From the IMG/VR virus record IMGVR_UViG_2602041905_000003: a stretch of DNA of 23,313 bases; one strand, 5' to 3'. This DNA is from a virus (taxonomy: Duplodnaviria > Heunggongvirae > Uroviricota > Caudoviricetes). Made by a program: the position numbers and the translations under genes. Within the stretch, counting starts at the first letter, position 1; the number at the start of each line of letters is the position of its first letter. Positions 7,741 through 18,944 of the stretch are shown here, piece by piece. The notes under the pieces are model-generated. The model saw nothing but the letters and a program-made list of their open reading frames with translations, had not been told where the DNA came from and searched no databases.

Positions 7741-9152
7741 CCTCGATTAATCCTATCTTTGAACCGTTCATTGAGGCGCATCGCTACAAAGTCGCCAAAG
7801 GCGGTCGAGGTAGCGGTAAATCATGGGCAATTGCGAGGCTGCTTGTTGAAGCGGCGCGTCGTCAGCCAGTGCGTATTCTTTGCGCTCGTGAACTGCAAAA
7901 CAGTATCAGCGATTCGGTAATCCGGCTGCTTGAAGACACCATCGAGCGTGAAGGATATTCGGCTGAGTTTGAAATTCAGCGTTCAATGATTCGTCATCTC
8001 GGAACGAATGCTGAATTCATGTTCTACGGCATCAAAAACAACCCGACGAAGATTAAATCGCTCGAAGGTATTGATATCTGCTGGGTGGAAGAAGCGGAAG
8101 CGGTAACGAAGGAATCATGGGATATCCTGATACCAACCATCCGTAAGCCGTTCTCTGAAATATGGGTGAGCTTTAACCCGAAGAACATACTCGACGATAC
8201 CTATCAGCGATTCGTCGTAAATCCTCCTGATGATATTTGCCTGTTGACGGTGAACTACACCGACAACCCGCACTTTCCTGAAGTTCTCCGTCTGGAGATG
8301 GAAGAGTGTAAACGCAGAAATCCGACACTGTATCGTCACATCTGGCTTGGTGAGCCAGTGAGCGCAAGTGATATGGCAATTATCAAACGTGAATGGCTTG
8401 AAGCCGCAACCGATGCGCACAAGAAACTCGGATGGAAAGCGAAAGGCGCTGTTGTCTCTGCGCATGACCCATCAGATACAGGGCCAGATGCTAAAGGTTA
8501 TGCATCGCGTCACGGTTCGGTAGTTAAGCGCATTGCCGAAGGTCTGCTGATGGACATCAACGAGGGTGCTGACTGGGCTACTTCGCTGGCGATTGAAGAC
8601 GGCGCTGACCATTACCTGTGGGATGGTGATGGTGTTGGTGCCGGGCTACGCAGACAGACAACGGAAGCGTTTTCCGGCAAGAAAATCACCGCCACGATGT
8701 TCAAGGGCAGCGAATCGCCATTCGATGAAGATGCACCGTATCAAGCCGGAGCATGGGCTGATGAAGTCGTACAGGGTGACAACGTTCGCACTATTGGCGA
8801 TGTGTTCCGCAATAAGCGAGCACAATTCTATTACGCGCTGGCTGACAGGCTGTATCTGACATATCGGGCGGTTGTCTACGGTGAGTATGCAGACCCCGAC
8901 GACATGCTGAGCTTCGACAAAGAAGCGATAGGCGAGAAGATGCTGGAGAAGCTGTTTGCAGAATTGACGCAGATTCAGCGCAAATTCAATAACAACGGGA
9001 AGCTGGAGCTAATGACTAAGGTCGAAATGAAGCAGAAGCTCGGTATTCCATCTCCTAACCTGGCTGATGCGCTGATGATGTGTATGCATTGCCCGGAGTC
9101 GGCTGCGCAACCCGACTATTCCAGTTACTCAATTCCTTGTGGTGTAGGTTGA
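7737..9152 (+). CDS. Terminase large subunit (ATPase/nuclease)
   Basis: 471 aa; Walker A GGRGSGKS near N-terminus, Walker B-like ICWVEEAE; followed immediately by the portal gene. Confidence 0.95.
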   Translation: MTSINPIFEPFIEAHRYKVAKGGRGSGKSWAIARLLVEAARRQPVRILCARELQNSISDSVIRLLEDTIEREGYSAEFEIQRSMIRHLGTNAEFMFYGIKNNPTKIKSLEGIDICWVEEAEAVTKESWDILIPTIRKPFSEIWVSFNPKNILDDTYQRFVVNPPDDICLLTVNYTDNPHFPEVLRLEMEECKRRNPTLYRHIWLGEPVSASDMAIIKREWLEAATDAHKKLGWKAKGAVVSAHDPSDTGPDAKGYASRHGSVVKRIAEGLLMDINEGADWATSLAIEDGADHYLWDGDGVGAGLRRQTTEAFSGKKITATMFKGSESPFDEDAPYQAGAWADEVVQGDNVRTIGDVFRNKRAQFYYALADRLYLTYRAVVYGEYADPDDMLSFDKEAIGEKMLEKLFAELTQIQRKFNNNGKLELMTKVEMKQKLGIPSPNLADALMMCMHCPESAAQPDYSSYSIPCGVG

Positions 9153-9153
9153 T

Positions 9154-11352
9154 ATGGCAGAAAAAAAGATGACTGACTGGCATCGCAAGGTGCTGTGCAA
9201 CTTTGATAATGCCTGGTCAGCAACGCAGGATATGCGTGAGCAGATTATTGAGGCTCAGCGTTTCGTCCGGGTGTCCGGCGCACAGTGGGAAGGCAGCACA
9301 AACGCTGGTTACTCATTTGATGAAGGCAGGTTTGAGCATTATCCGCGTTTTGAACTGAATAAGATTTCCCGTGAATGTGATCGCATCATTGGCGAGTATC
9401 GACAGAATCGCATCAGCGTTAAATTCAGGCCGAAGGATGACAAGGCATCGGAAGCTTTAGCCGAAAAAATGAACGGCAAATTCCGCGCTGACTATCAGGA
9501 AACATCCGGTGGCGAAGCGTGTGATAACGCATTTGATGATGCCGTAACGGGTGGATTCGGTTGTTTCCGCATGTGTGCCGATTACGAAGATGAAATGGAT
9601 CCGAGTAACGAGCAGCGCCGCATCAGCCTTCTTCCTGTTTACGACCCAGCGACATGCGTCTTCTTTGATCAGGACAGCAAGCAATATGACCGCTCTGATG
9701 CTATGTGGGCTATGGAAATGTTCTCCATGACGCCTAAAGCGTTCGAGGCTGAATACCCTGATTCCATCGCGGCAAGCCTTTCTCGTGATGACACTGGCAC
9801 TCAATATGACTGGTCAACGCCAGATGCCATCTATGTTGGACGTTACTACGAAGTCCGCATAGAGAAGGTGAAGCTCACGGCGTGGCGCAACCCTGTTAGC
9901 GGAGAAACGGCAATCTATGATGAAGATCAAATCAAAGATATTGTCGACGAGCTAACCGATGGCGCATTCGAACTGATTGGTGAGCGAACGGTGAAGAAAC
10001 GCCGCGTTTATTGCGGCCTTCTGTCTGGCGCTGAATGGCTGGAAGAACCGAAGCGTATTCCGGGCGAACATATTCCACTCATCCCGGTATATGGGCGTCG
10101 CTCATTTGTTGATAATCAGGAGCGAATCGAAGGCCACGCAGCAAAAGCGATGGATGCACAGCGTCTTGAGAACCTGATGGTTTCCATGATTGCAGATAAC
10201 GCCACTCAGGCTGGCGGTGATGGCATTCCTATCGTGGATGTTGATTTCATTCCCGGCCCATTAATGAATCACTGGGCAGAGAGGAATAAGAAAAGACCTG
10301 CAGTTCTTCCTATGACCAGCAAGAAGGACAAAAACGGAACAGTCATTTCAGAAGCTCAGGTTGCTGGCTGGACACCTCCGACACAAATGCCGCCAGCTCT
10401 TGCCGGGCTATTGCAGTACACCGGAACGGCTATTCAGCAAATTACAGGTGCGTCGCAGCTTGAGAACATGCCGAGCAACGTCGCTACCGATACCGTTGAT
10501 AGCATCTTTAACCGGATGGACACGCAGTCCTATATCTACATGGACAACATGGCTAAATCCATGCGCCGTGCTGGCGTCGTGTGGCTTTCTATGGCTCGTG
10601 AAGTCTATGGCAGCGATACGCCAATGCGCATCGTTAATGAGGATGGCAGCGATGACGTGGCGCTGATGACTGGTGAAGTGGTTGACCGTCAGACAGGGCA
10701 GGTTATCGCGCTTAACGACCTTTCGCAGGGTAACTATGAAGTGACTGTCGATGTCGGTCAGTCGTTCGCTACTCGCCGTGACGCAACGGTTAAGTCGTTA
10801 CTTTCCATGCTGGCACTTATCCCGCCCGGAACGCCGAAACACGACCTTGTATCGTCGATGATCCTCGACAATATGGACGGCGAAGGGATGGACGACCTTA
10901 AAGAATACAACCGCAATCAGTTGCTTCTGTCTGGAGTTATCAAGCCGAGAACGCCAGAAGAACAGCAGATGGTTGAGCAGGCGAAACAACAACAGGCCAG
11001 TCAGCCAGATCCGGCTATGGTTGCTGCGCAAGGTCAGCTTCTTGCTGGTCAGGCTGAATTGCAGAAAGCGCAGAACGAGCAGGCAGCCATTCAGGTTAAA
11101 GCATTCCAGGCACAGACTGATGCTCAGGTTGCAGCGGCAAATGTTGTGAAAATCCTCGCATCTGCCGATAGCCAGCAGAAATCTGATATCCGCGAGGCTC
11201 TGAAACTGCTCGGACAGTTCCAGCAACAGCAAGGAGACAATGCCCGTGCTGATGCAGAGCTTGTCCTGAAAAGTCAGGCACAGGGCCATGCGCAGCGCAT
11301 GGACATCAGCAGCATCCTGCAAAAATCAACTCAGCAACAACCACAGCAGTAA
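9154..11352 (+). CDS. Portal protein (P22 gp1-like)
   Basis: 732 aa; blocks such as GEHIPLIPVYG and the C-terminal Gln-rich helical tail (PEEQQ...AQGQLLAGQAELQKAQNEQ...RMDISSILQ) parallel remembered P22 portal. Confidence 0.95.
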   Translation: MAEKKMTDWHRKVLCNFDNAWSATQDMREQIIEAQRFVRVSGAQWEGSTNAGYSFDEGRFEHYPRFELNKISRECDRIIGEYRQNRISVKFRPKDDKASEALAEKMNGKFRADYQETSGGEACDNAFDDAVTGGFGCFRMCADYEDEMDPSNEQRRISLLPVYDPATCVFFDQDSKQYDRSDAMWAMEMFSMTPKAFEAEYPDSIAASLSRDDTGTQYDWSTPDAIYVGRYYEVRIEKVKLTAWRNPVSGETAIYDEDQIKDIVDELTDGAFELIGERTVKKRRVYCGLLSGAEWLEEPKRIPGEHIPLIPVYGRRSFVDNQERIEGHAAKAMDAQRLENLMVSMIADNATQAGGDGIPIVDVDFIPGPLMNHWAERNKKRPAVLPMTSKKDKNGTVISEAQVAGWTPPTQMPPALAGLLQYTGTAIQQITGASQLENMPSNVATDTVDSIFNRMDTQSYIYMDNMAKSMRRAGVVWLSMAREVYGSDTPMRIVNEDGSDDVALMTGEVVDRQTGQVIALNDLSQGNYEVTVDVGQSFATRRDATVKSLLSMLALIPPGTPKHDLVSSMILDNMDGEGMDDLKEYNRNQLLLSGVIKPRTPEEQQMVEQAKQQQASQPDPAMVAAQGQLLAGQAELQKAQNEQAAIQVKAFQAQTDAQVAAANVVKILASADSQQKSDIREALKLLGQFQQQQGDNARADAELVLKSQAQGHAQRMDISSILQKSTQQQPQQ

Positions 11353-11442
11353 TTAACCCATAACGTGCAATGGCTGTCTTTATGAGGCCTGGCACCCTAT
11401 TGCCTTCCGATGGGCTGAACATCGAGTAAACAGGGGTAACAA

Positions 11443-12336
11443 ATGGACCAGATGGCAGAAAACACACCAGAAGTTGAAATCGAAACCGACGCGTCAGAGC
11501 AGATTCCTGATGATGTCGAACTGGCTGAAAAAGTCGAAACAGAAGATGGCAGTGAGTCCTCAGGCAATGATGCAGAGGAGGCTACTGAAACTGATGACGA
11601 CGAATCAGAACAGGAATTCTACTTTGGTGACGAAAAGCTGGATTCGACAACCAGCGAAGATGGCGCTGAGCATGGACTGGTAAAACACCTGCGCAAGACG
11701 ATTAAAGAGAAAGACCGCGAGCTGAAAGAGCTGATGCGTCAGTCTCAGAAACCCGTCGAGCAGCAGCCGGTAATCACTCAACCACCGCGAATGCCAAAAC
11801 TGGATGATGAGGACATCGGTTTCGATGAAGAAATCTACCAGCAACGCATGGCTAAGTGGGCAGAGGATAATGGCAAGTACCAGCAACAGGAGATGGCTCG
11901 CAAGCAGAAGGAGCAGGAGCTTCAGGCTGCCTATCAAGAGCGATTATCCAAATATCAGCAACGTGTTAAGGCTCTCAAAGTTCCTGGCTATCAGGAAGCT
12001 GAGCAGGCCGTACTCGAGGAAATCCCCATCGAGACACAAAACGCGATCCTGTTTGAGTCAGAGAAGCCGGAAATCGTTGTTCTGGCGCTTGGTCGCAACG
12101 CTGAACTGCGCAAGCAACTGGCAGAAGCTACCAACCCCGTAGCAATTGGTCGTCTGCTGGAACGTATCGAATCGAAGGCCAGAATCATGCCAAAAGCAAA
12201 AACCACGGCAGCCACAACCCCGACGGTTAAGGGGAGCAACGGCGCAGTAATCAACAACCTCGACAAATTGAAAGCCAAGGCGCTGGAAACTGGTGACTGG
12301 ACGCCGTATTTCGCCGCTAAAAAGGCAAAAAAATAA
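11443..12336 (+). CDS. Scaffolding protein (P22 gp8-like)
   Basis: 297 aa, highly acidic N-terminus, coiled-coil-like middle, basic C-terminal end; located between portal and coat. Confidence 0.85.
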   Translation: MDQMAENTPEVEIETDASEQIPDDVELAEKVETEDGSESSGNDAEEATETDDDESEQEFYFGDEKLDSTTSEDGAEHGLVKHLRKTIKEKDRELKELMRQSQKPVEQQPVITQPPRMPKLDDEDIGFDEEIYQQRMAKWAEDNGKYQQQEMARKQKEQELQAAYQERLSKYQQRVKALKVPGYQEAEQAVLEEIPIETQNAILFESEKPEIVVLALGRNAELRKQLAEATNPVAIGRLLERIESKARIMPKAKTTAATTPTVKGSNGAVINNLDKLKAKALETGDWTPYFAAKKAKK

Positions 12337-12354
12337 CCTATTGGAGCATTAAGC

Positions 12355-13571
12355 ATGGCTAACCAATTAGCAAAAGACCTTGAAATCATGTTCGAAAACT
12401 ACGTTGAAGGCTTTGAGGCCGCCTGCGTAGTTTCCCGTAACGCTAAAAAATTCCGTCCCGGTGATACAGCAATGCAGCGAGCAGGTGATGTTCTGTATCG
12501 TCCGCAGCATTACCACATGAATATTGAGGAAGGCCTCGACCTCAGCAGCAAAACGCCAACAGCACTGGTTCAGCGCCTTGTTCCTTCAGTGTTCAAGGAG
12601 CCGAAAAACATTCTGTACACTCTGGATGCGCGTGAAATGCGTGATCCGGAACATAAAACTGAAGCTGGTCGCGCCGCAGGTATGCGCCTTGCTGCACAGA
12701 TTGACTCTGACCTGATTTCCATGGTCACGCAGCGTGCTACTAACGTGATCACGATGGCTGACTCAACCGCAGGTACACAGGGCCGTGATTTGTGGAACTG
12801 TGCGGCAGGTATTGATGCCACCATGACGGCGATTGGTGTACCTCAGGGTATCAACCGTCGCTCTTTCTGGAACCCCTTCAACTACAAAGACCTTGCTGGC
12901 GAGCTTGGTCACCGTGCCTATGCTCAGGGCGCAACCCTGACAGCATACGAAAAAGCGCAAATCCCTCCGGTTGCGTCCTTCGATAGCTACAAGACCGATA
13001 TTTCTGGTCGATTACCGAAAGGAAGCACTGAATCCTTGACAGTATCAGGCCAACCTGAACACAAGGTTGAAGCGAAAGATTCAAATGGTATGCCAGTTGA
13101 TAACCGACAGGGGACTATTACGGTATCTGCATCTGGCTTGCAGGTTGGTGATGCGTTCACCATTGCCGGTGTGAATTCCGTACACCAGATCACAAAAGAT
13201 ACCACCGGTCAACCGCAGGTATTCCGTGTTCTGGCTGTTAGCGGAACTACCGTAACAATTTCTCCAAAGATTCTCCCTGTTGAAAATACTGATGTTGCGA
13301 GTCGTCCATATGCAAACGTCGATGCCAAACCGGCAGAATCAGCAGCAATCACCATTCTCAACAAGAACGCAGCACCTGCTAACCTCTTCTGGGCTGATGG
13401 TTCTGTTGAGCTGATGTACGGCAAACTGGCATTCCCGACAGGTCAGGGTCCACAGGTAATGACAGCAACCACCGAGCAGGGNNNNNNNNNNCCACTGCTC
13501 GTTTCACCACTCTGTACGGTTGCTCTGTACTTGTTCCTGAATATACGGGCATCGTTATTGCCGGGCAGTAA
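12355..13571 (+). CDS. Major capsid (coat) protein, P22 gp5-like; contains 10-N assembly gap at 13482-13491
   Basis: Translation resembles P22 coat (e.g. NLFWADGSVEL). After the N-run the correct frame reads ...TARFTTLYGCSVLVPEYTGIVIAGQ and stops at TAA 13569-13571; the track's extension to 13635 is a gap-induced frame artefact. Confidence 0.9.
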
Positions 13572-13578
13572 TTTTGGT

Positions 13579-13598
13579 GGGGCTTCGGCCCCATTTTT
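13579..13598 (+). terminator. Intrinsic terminator/attenuator after coat gene
   Basis: ggggc-UUCG-gcccc hairpin (13579-13592) followed by attttta. Confidence 0.55.
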
Positions 13599-13612
13599 AT
13601 TGGGAGAAGACA

Positions 13613-13801
13613 ATGGCACGAACAATGCTCTATAAGCCTGGCAACATGATCACCTGTGGTCAGTTTGCTGTCGATTACGTCATTGTTGATGACGAAGAAG
13701 TTAAATCTCACCTGAAAAAAGGTTGGGTAAAAACTCCTGAAGAAACCGCAACGAAGCAAAAAGTGGCTAAGGCGGAAGAAGATGGCGAAAACGAAGGGTG
13801 A
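13613..13801 (+). CDS. Small hypothetical virion-module protein (62 aa)
   Basis: ATG 13613 preceded by GGGAGAAG; acidic C-terminus; overlaps start of the gp4-like gene. Confidence 0.5.
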   Translation: MARTMLYKPGNMITCGQFAVDYVIVDDEEVKSHLKKGWVKTPEETATKQKVAKAEEDGENEG

Positions 13802-14243
13802 TCTCGTTCTAAAGGCTTTACGAAAAGCCGGGCTGTATTCCAATGCCACGTTGACAGATGCTGACCCTCAGGCAATTGAAGATGCCATTAATGACCTCGA
13901 AGACATGATGGCAGCATGGCAGGCTAAAGGTATCGAGCTTGGATATCAGTTTGCTGATACAGAAAACGGCATCATGCCGTTACCTGACGATGATTCAGGT
14001 ATCCCTGCATGGGCAAATGATGGCGTCGCTTTGAAACTCGCTGTGCAAGTGTGCATGGATAACGTCATTCAGCCGTCAGACGCTCTCCTTACCGCTGCTG
14101 ACAGTGCATATCAGACAATCTGTATCGCTTTAACCAAAATACCACCACTTGAGCGGCGAAATGACATGCCTCGCGGTAGTGGTAACAAAAGCGCGTTTAC
14201 GTGGAATCGGTTTTACATCGAGAAAGATGATCCGAGTACGTGA
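13782..14243 (+). CDS. Head completion / tail accessory factor (P22 gp4-like)
   Basis: 153 aa; N-terminal MAKTKGDLVLKALRKAGLYSNATLTDADPQAIEDAINDLEDMMAAW parallels remembered P22 gp4. Confidence 0.85.
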   Translation: MAKTKGDLVLKALRKAGLYSNATLTDADPQAIEDAINDLEDMMAAWQAKGIELGYQFADTENGIMPLPDDDSGIPAWANDGVALKLAVQVCMDNVIQPSDALLTAADSAYQTICIALTKIPPLERRNDMPRGSGNKSAFTWNRFYIEKDDPST

Positions 14244-14252
14244 GGTGAATAA

Positions 14253-15671
14253 ATGCCGATTCAGCAACTTCCGCTTATGAAAGGTGTCGGCAAAGACTTT
14301 AGAAACGCCGACTATATCGACTATCTGCCAGTGAATATGTTGGCTACACCCAAAGAAATCCTTAACAGCAGCGGATATCTTCGCTCATTCCCGGGCATTG
14401 CCAAACGCTCTGATGTAAACGGTGTATCGCGCGGAGTTGAGTACAACATGGCGCAGAATGCTGTTTATCGCGTGTGTGGCGGCAAGCTGTACAAAGGAGA
14501 AAGTGAAGTCGGTGATGTTGCCGGAAGTGGTCGTGTATCAATGGCGCATGGTCGAACATCTCAGGCTGTAGGCGTTAATGGTCAACTGGTTGAGTATCGC
14601 TATGATGGCACGGTTAAAACCGTCTCAAACTGGCCTGCAGACAGCGGATTTACGCAGTATGAGTTAGGTTCAGTCCGCGACATTACACGCTTACGTGGGC
14701 GTTATGCGTGGTCAAAAGACGGCACGGATTCATGGTTTATTACTGACCCTGAAGACGAATCGCACCCTGACCGATACAGCGCACAATATCGCGCAGAATC
14801 GCAGCCTGACGGCATTATCGGCATCGGAACATGGCGAGACTTCATTGTCTGCTTTGGTTCATCAACGATTGAATATTTCTCCATGACTGGTGCAACCACT
14901 GTTGGTGCCGCTTTGTATGTCGCACAGCCATCGCTGATGGTGCAGAAAGGTATTGCCGGGACTTACTGCAAAACGCCGTTTGCTGATTCGTATGCGTTCA
15001 TCAGCAATCCGGCAACAGGCGCGCCTTCTGTATACATCATCGGCTCCGGTCAGGTATCACCAATAGCCAGCGCGAGCATTGAGAAAATCCTCCGCTCCTA
15101 CACTGCTGATGAACTGGCTGATGTCGTGATGGAATCGTTGCGGTTTGATGCTCATGAGTTGCTGATTATTCACCTGCCGCGCCACGTCCTCGTGTACGAC
15201 GCATCTTCAAGCGCCAATGGTCCGCAATGGTGTGTACTGAAAACAGGCCTGTATGACGATGTGTACCGCGCTATCGACTTCATTTACGAAGGCAACCAAA
15301 TTACGTGCGGCGATAAGCTTGAATCGATGACAGGGAAATTGCAGTTCGATATCAGCAGCCAGTACGACAGGCAACAGGAACACCTGCTGTTTACTCCGTT
15401 GTTCAAAGCGGATAACGCCAGAGTTTTCGACCTTGAGGTTGAGTCGTCAACTGGCGTTGCGCAGTATGCTGACCGCCTTTTTCTCTCTGCAACCACTGAC
15501 GGCATCAATTACGGGCGTGAGCAGATGATTGAGCAGAATGAACCGTTCGTTTACGACAAACGTGTTTTGTGGAAGCGAGTAGGGCGCATCAGGAAAAATG
15601 TCGGCTTCAAATTGCGCGTTATCACGAAGTCACCTGTCACTCTGTCTGGTTGCCAGATAAGGATTGAGTAA
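14253..15671 (+). CDS. Head completion / tail accessory factor (P22 gp10-like)
   Basis: 472 aa, same length and gene-order position as P22 gp10. Confidence 0.85.
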   Translation: MPIQQLPLMKGVGKDFRNADYIDYLPVNMLATPKEILNSSGYLRSFPGIAKRSDVNGVSRGVEYNMAQNAVYRVCGGKLYKGESEVGDVAGSGRVSMAHGRTSQAVGVNGQLVEYRYDGTVKTVSNWPADSGFTQYELGSVRDITRLRGRYAWSKDGTDSWFITDPEDESHPDRYSAQYRAESQPDGIIGIGTWRDFIVCFGSSTIEYFSMTGATTVGAALYVAQPSLMVQKGIAGTYCKTPFADSYAFISNPATGAPSVYIIGSGQVSPIASASIEKILRSYTADELADVVMESLRFDAHELLIIHLPRHVLVYDASSSANGPQWCVLKTGLYDDVYRAIDFIYEGNQITCGDKLESMTGKLQFDISSQYDRQQEHLLFTPLFKADNARVFDLEVESSTGVAQYADRLFLSATTDGINYGREQMIEQNEPFVYDKRVLWKRVGRIRKNVGFKLRVITKSPVTLSGCQIRIE

Positions 15672-16372
15672 TGGCTGATTCGAATCTCAATGAGCCGGTA
15701 ACAATTCAGGCTACACGACTCGATACATCAATCCTTCCACGCAATATATTCAGCCAGTCTTACCTGCTGTATGTCATTAATCAGGGGGCTGATGTCGGCG
15801 CAATTGCCGGGAAGGCAAATCAGGCTGGTCAGGGCGCTTACGATGCCCAGGTAAAAAACGATGAACAGGATGTCGAACTGGCTGATCACGACGCAAGAAT
15901 CACCGCAAACACAAAAGCGATAAATCTACTTGAGGTCAGGTTAACAACTGCCGAAGGGAAGATAGTCGTACTGCGTAGCGATGTTGATTACTTGCTGGAT
16001 GAGGTTATCGATATTCAGGCGCATCTGGTCACTGTTGACCAAAGACTGGATGACGTAGAAAACGATGTCTCTGGCATTAAGAGTGATTACGTATCGAAAA
16101 CCGTAACCGAATCGCAGTCTCTTGCGTCACCGCTGGATGTAAAAACATCATATTCAGTTGATGGAATTCAGGTTGTTGGAGCAAGAAATACCGGATGGAC
16201 TGCAGCCACAGGTACACCTCTTCTTGGCTCATTCAACGCTAACCAGTCATACACGGTCGGCACTACGTACACACAATCCGAAGTCGCGGCTCTCGCTACA
16301 GGTTTGCAGCAGGCGCGGCAGCGTATTCTGGCGATTGAAACGGCACTTAGATTACATGGGCTGATTGACTGA
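15671..16372 (+). CDS. Tail needle protein (P22 gp26-like)
   Basis: 233 aa; N-terminal [73 protein letters not shown] and C-terminal ...[18 protein letters not shown] parallel remembered P22 gp26. Confidence 0.9.
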   Translation: MADSNLNEPVTIQATRLDTSILPRNIFSQSYLLYVINQGADVGAIAGKANQAGQGAYDAQVKNDEQDVELADHDARITANTKAINLLEVRLTTAEGKIVVLRSDVDYLLDEVIDIQAHLVTVDQRLDDVENDVSGIKSDYVSKTVTESQSLASPLDVKTSYSVDGIQVVGARNTGWTAATGTPLLGSFNANQSYTVGTTYTQSEVAALATGLQQARQRILAIETALRLHGLID

Positions 16373-16827
16373 TGATTACATTCAAACCAACGCGAAACAT
16401 CGACCTGATAGAAGCCGTAGGAAATCACCATGACATTATCGCCGGGAGCAACAACGGTGATGGATACGACTACAAACCTGAATGCCGTTACTTTGAGGTG
16501 AACGTGCACGGGCAGTTCGGCGGAATTGTTTACTATCAGGAGATTCAGCCGCTAACCTTTGATTGCCACGCCATGTACCTGCCAGAGATTCGCGGCTTCA
16601 GCAAGGAAATCGGGCTGGCGTTCTGGCGATACATTCTGACTAACACCACCGTTCAGTGCGTCACATCGTTCGCTGCACGCAAATTCCGCCACGGGCAGAT
16701 GTACTGCGCAATGGTTGGCCTTAAGCGTGTAGGAACCATCAAGAAATACTTCAAAGGCGTGGATGACGTGACGTTTTACAGCGCCACACGCGAAGAACTA
16801 ATCGACTTCCTGAATCACGGGAGATAG
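16372..16827 (+). CDS. Virion assembly protein (P22 gp14-like by position)
   Basis: 151 aa; overlapping start/stop with gp26-like gene, directly upstream of the three ejection protein genes. Assignment is by synteny only. Confidence 0.6.
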   Translation: MITFKPTRNIDLIEAVGNHHDIIAGSNNGDGYDYKPECRYFEVNVHGQFGGIVYYQEIQPLTFDCHAMYLPEIRGFSKEIGLAFWRYILTNTTVQCVTSFAARKFRHGQMYCAMVGLKRVGTIKKYFKGVDDVTFYSATREELIDFLNHGR

Positions 16828-16829
16828 CC

Positions 16830-17519
16830 ATGTTATATGCATTTAAGCTGGGCAGAAAACTGCGCGGCGAGGAACCTTATTGCCCTGAAAAAGGCGGGAA
16901 AGGTGGCTCCGATAAAAGTGCAAAGTATGCCGCAGAAGCTCAGAAGTATGCCGCAGACCTGCAAAATCAGCAGTTCAACACCATCATGAATAACCTGAAG
17001 CCGTTTACTCCTCTGGCTGAGAAGTATGTCGGCAGCCTCGAGAACTTATCGTCTCTGGAGGGGCAAGGTCAGGCACTTAACCAGTATTACAACTCTCAGC
17101 AGTATAAAGACCTTGCAGGTCAGGCTCGCTATCAGAGTCTGGCGGCAGCGGAAGCAACAGGTGGATTGGGTTCCACCTCAACCAGTAATCAGTTAGCAAC
17201 AATCGCACCAACGCTTGGTCAGCAATGGCTATCTGGACAAATGAACAACTACCAGAATCTGGCAAATATTGGTCTTGGCGCGCTTCAGGGGCAGGCAAAT
17301 GCTGGGCAAACATATGCCAACAACATGAGCCAGATTTCACAGCAAAGCGCGGCTCTTGCAGCGGCAAACGCCAACAGACCATCAGCAATGCAATCTGCTA
17401 TTGGCGGAGGTGCGTCTGGTGCCATTGCTGGGGCTGGACTTGCGAAATTAATTGGTTCATCAACTCCGTGGGGGGCTGCGATCGGCGGCGGTCTTGGTCT
17501 GCTTGGCTCGTTGTTTTAA
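16830..17519 (+). CDS. Ejection (pilot) protein, P22 gp7-like
   Basis: 229 aa, same length and position as P22 gp7; Gln/Ala-rich with a C-terminal Gly/Ala-rich hydrophobic segment. Confidence 0.8.
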   Translation: MLYAFKLGRKLRGEEPYCPEKGGKGGSDKSAKYAAEAQKYAADLQNQQFNTIMNNLKPFTPLAEKYVGSLENLSSLEGQGQALNQYYNSQQYKDLAGQARYQSLAAAEATGGLGSTSTSNQLATIAPTLGQQWLSGQMNNYQNLANIGLGALQGQANAGQTYANNMSQISQQSAALAAANANRPSAMQSAIGGGASGAIAGAGLAKLIGSSTPWGAAIGGGLGLLGSLF

Positions 17520-17528
17520 GGGGTAATC

Positions 17529-18944
17529 ATGGCTACGTGGCAACAGGGTATTAATTCTGGTGGTTTTCTGGCTGGCATCGGTACGCAAAATGAGAATGCG
17601 CCAAAGGCAAGCGACATTAACGCAACGCTTGGTCTGATCCGCGAAAACAATGAACTGGCTCGCTCAGGTGCAAATAACATTGGTCTGACCGCGTTACGTG
17701 GTCTGGCTGGAGTTGCTGATATTTACAATCAGGAACAGCAACAGAAAGCTATTAGTGCGTTCAATAAGGTTCACGCTGATGCATGGGCTTCTGGTGATCC
17801 ATCTGGACTATTTAAGTTTGCCCAGGAAAATCCAGCGTTTGTTGCACAGGCACAACAGGCGTTTTCCGGTCTTAATGAGCAGCAACGCAACGATATGGGC
17901 GATTTAGCCATGAGGGCTAACGTCGCTCTTTCCCAGGGACCGGAAGCCTACAGTAAATTCATTACTGACAACAAGGACAGGTTAAATCGCGTGGGGGCGA
18001 ATGCTGACTGGATGATTCAGACAGGTATCCAGAATCCAGAGCAGCTATCACACATGCTGACTACTATGTCTCTCGGTGCGCTTGGACCAGAAAAGGCGTT
18101 TGCTGTTCAGGACAAGATGGCTGGTCGTGAAATTGACCGAGGCAAACTGGCAGAGACAATCCGCAGCAATCAGGCTGGAGAAGCACTTCAGGCGAGAGGG
18201 CAAAACCTTTCCTATCAGTCAGCAATGACTGGGCACAATATCGCAGCACAACGCTTGGCTCTGGATCAGCAAGAGTTCGGGTTTAAGATGCAGCAAGCGC
18301 AGGAAAAGGCTCAGCAGTTGATTAGTGAAGCACCTAAGCTGTCAGTAAACATGGAAAAAGGCATCGAGACGGCTGTAAACAATGCCACAGCATCATCAAA
18401 CTCAGCCAATTCTATGAGTGCGCTTGCTCAACAGTTCAGAGCAGAAAAACCAACGACAGGTTTGTTCGGTAACGCACAGAACATGTTCGCAAAACTTACC
18501 GGAAGCGATACGACATTGCGTGATTTGCGCATCCGCCAAAATGCCCTTGTTAACAGTCAGGTTCTTAAATTCCTACCTCCCGGCCCAGCAACGGATAAAG
18601 ACGTTGAGATCGTTCGACAGGGTGCGCCAACTGACATGGATAACCCTGAGACGGTCGCAAGATGGCTTGATGCAATGGCAAACCTTGAGCGACGAAACGC
18701 GCAGTTTAATGAGTTTAAAGCCGAGTGGATGAGCGCGAATGGCAACCCTGGACAATCGCGTAATGGCGGTCAGATATTGGGGTTGGATGTTAAAAAAGGT
18801 GAATCACTGGGGAGTGCCGTTAAGCGGTATATGTCAATGAATACTGACGCAGCGCCAGCACAAGATTCGACACCTTCAGGAGAACCACGGAATCAGGTTG
18901 GATCATATACCTCAAAATCAGGCATTCAATTTACGGTGGAATGA
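17529..18944 (+). CDS. Ejection protein, P22 gp20-like
   Basis: 471 aa, same length and position as P22 gp20. Confidence 0.8.
   Translation: MATWQQGINSGGFLAGIGTQNENAPKASDINATLGLIRENNELARSGANNIGLTALRGLAGVADIYNQEQQQKAISAFNKVHADAWASGDPSGLFKFAQENPAFVAQAQQAFSGLNEQQRNDMGDLAMRANVALSQGPEAYSKFITDNKDRLNRVGANADWMIQTGIQNPEQLSHMLTTMSLGALGPEKAFAVQDKMAGREIDRGKLAETIRSNQAGEALQARGQNLSYQSAMTGHNIAAQRLALDQQEFGFKMQQAQEKAQQLISEAPKLSVNMEKGIETAVNNATASSNSANSMSALAQQFRAEKPTTGLFGNAQNMFAKLTGSDTTLRDLRIRQNALVNSQVLKFLPPGPATDKDVEIVRQGAPTDMDNPETVARWLDAMANLERRNAQFNEFKAEWMSANGNPGQSRNGGQILGLDVKKGESLGSAVKRYMSMNTDAAPAQDSTPSGEPRNQVGSYTSKSGIQFTVE

Noticed and set aside
10798-11322. 174-aa - strand ORF inside the portal gene
   Set aside because: Fully antisense to a confidently assigned portal CDS; no start signals and Cys/Leu-rich composition typical of spurious antisense frames.
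13572-13635. Apparent 3' extension of the coat gene to 13635
   Set aside because: Artefact of the frame change across the 10-N gap; the correct frame terminates at 13571.
17225-17554. 109-aa + strand ORF overlapping gp7-like gene in another frame
   Set aside because: Alternative frame of a confidently placed gene; Cys/Trp-rich translation with no family resemblance.
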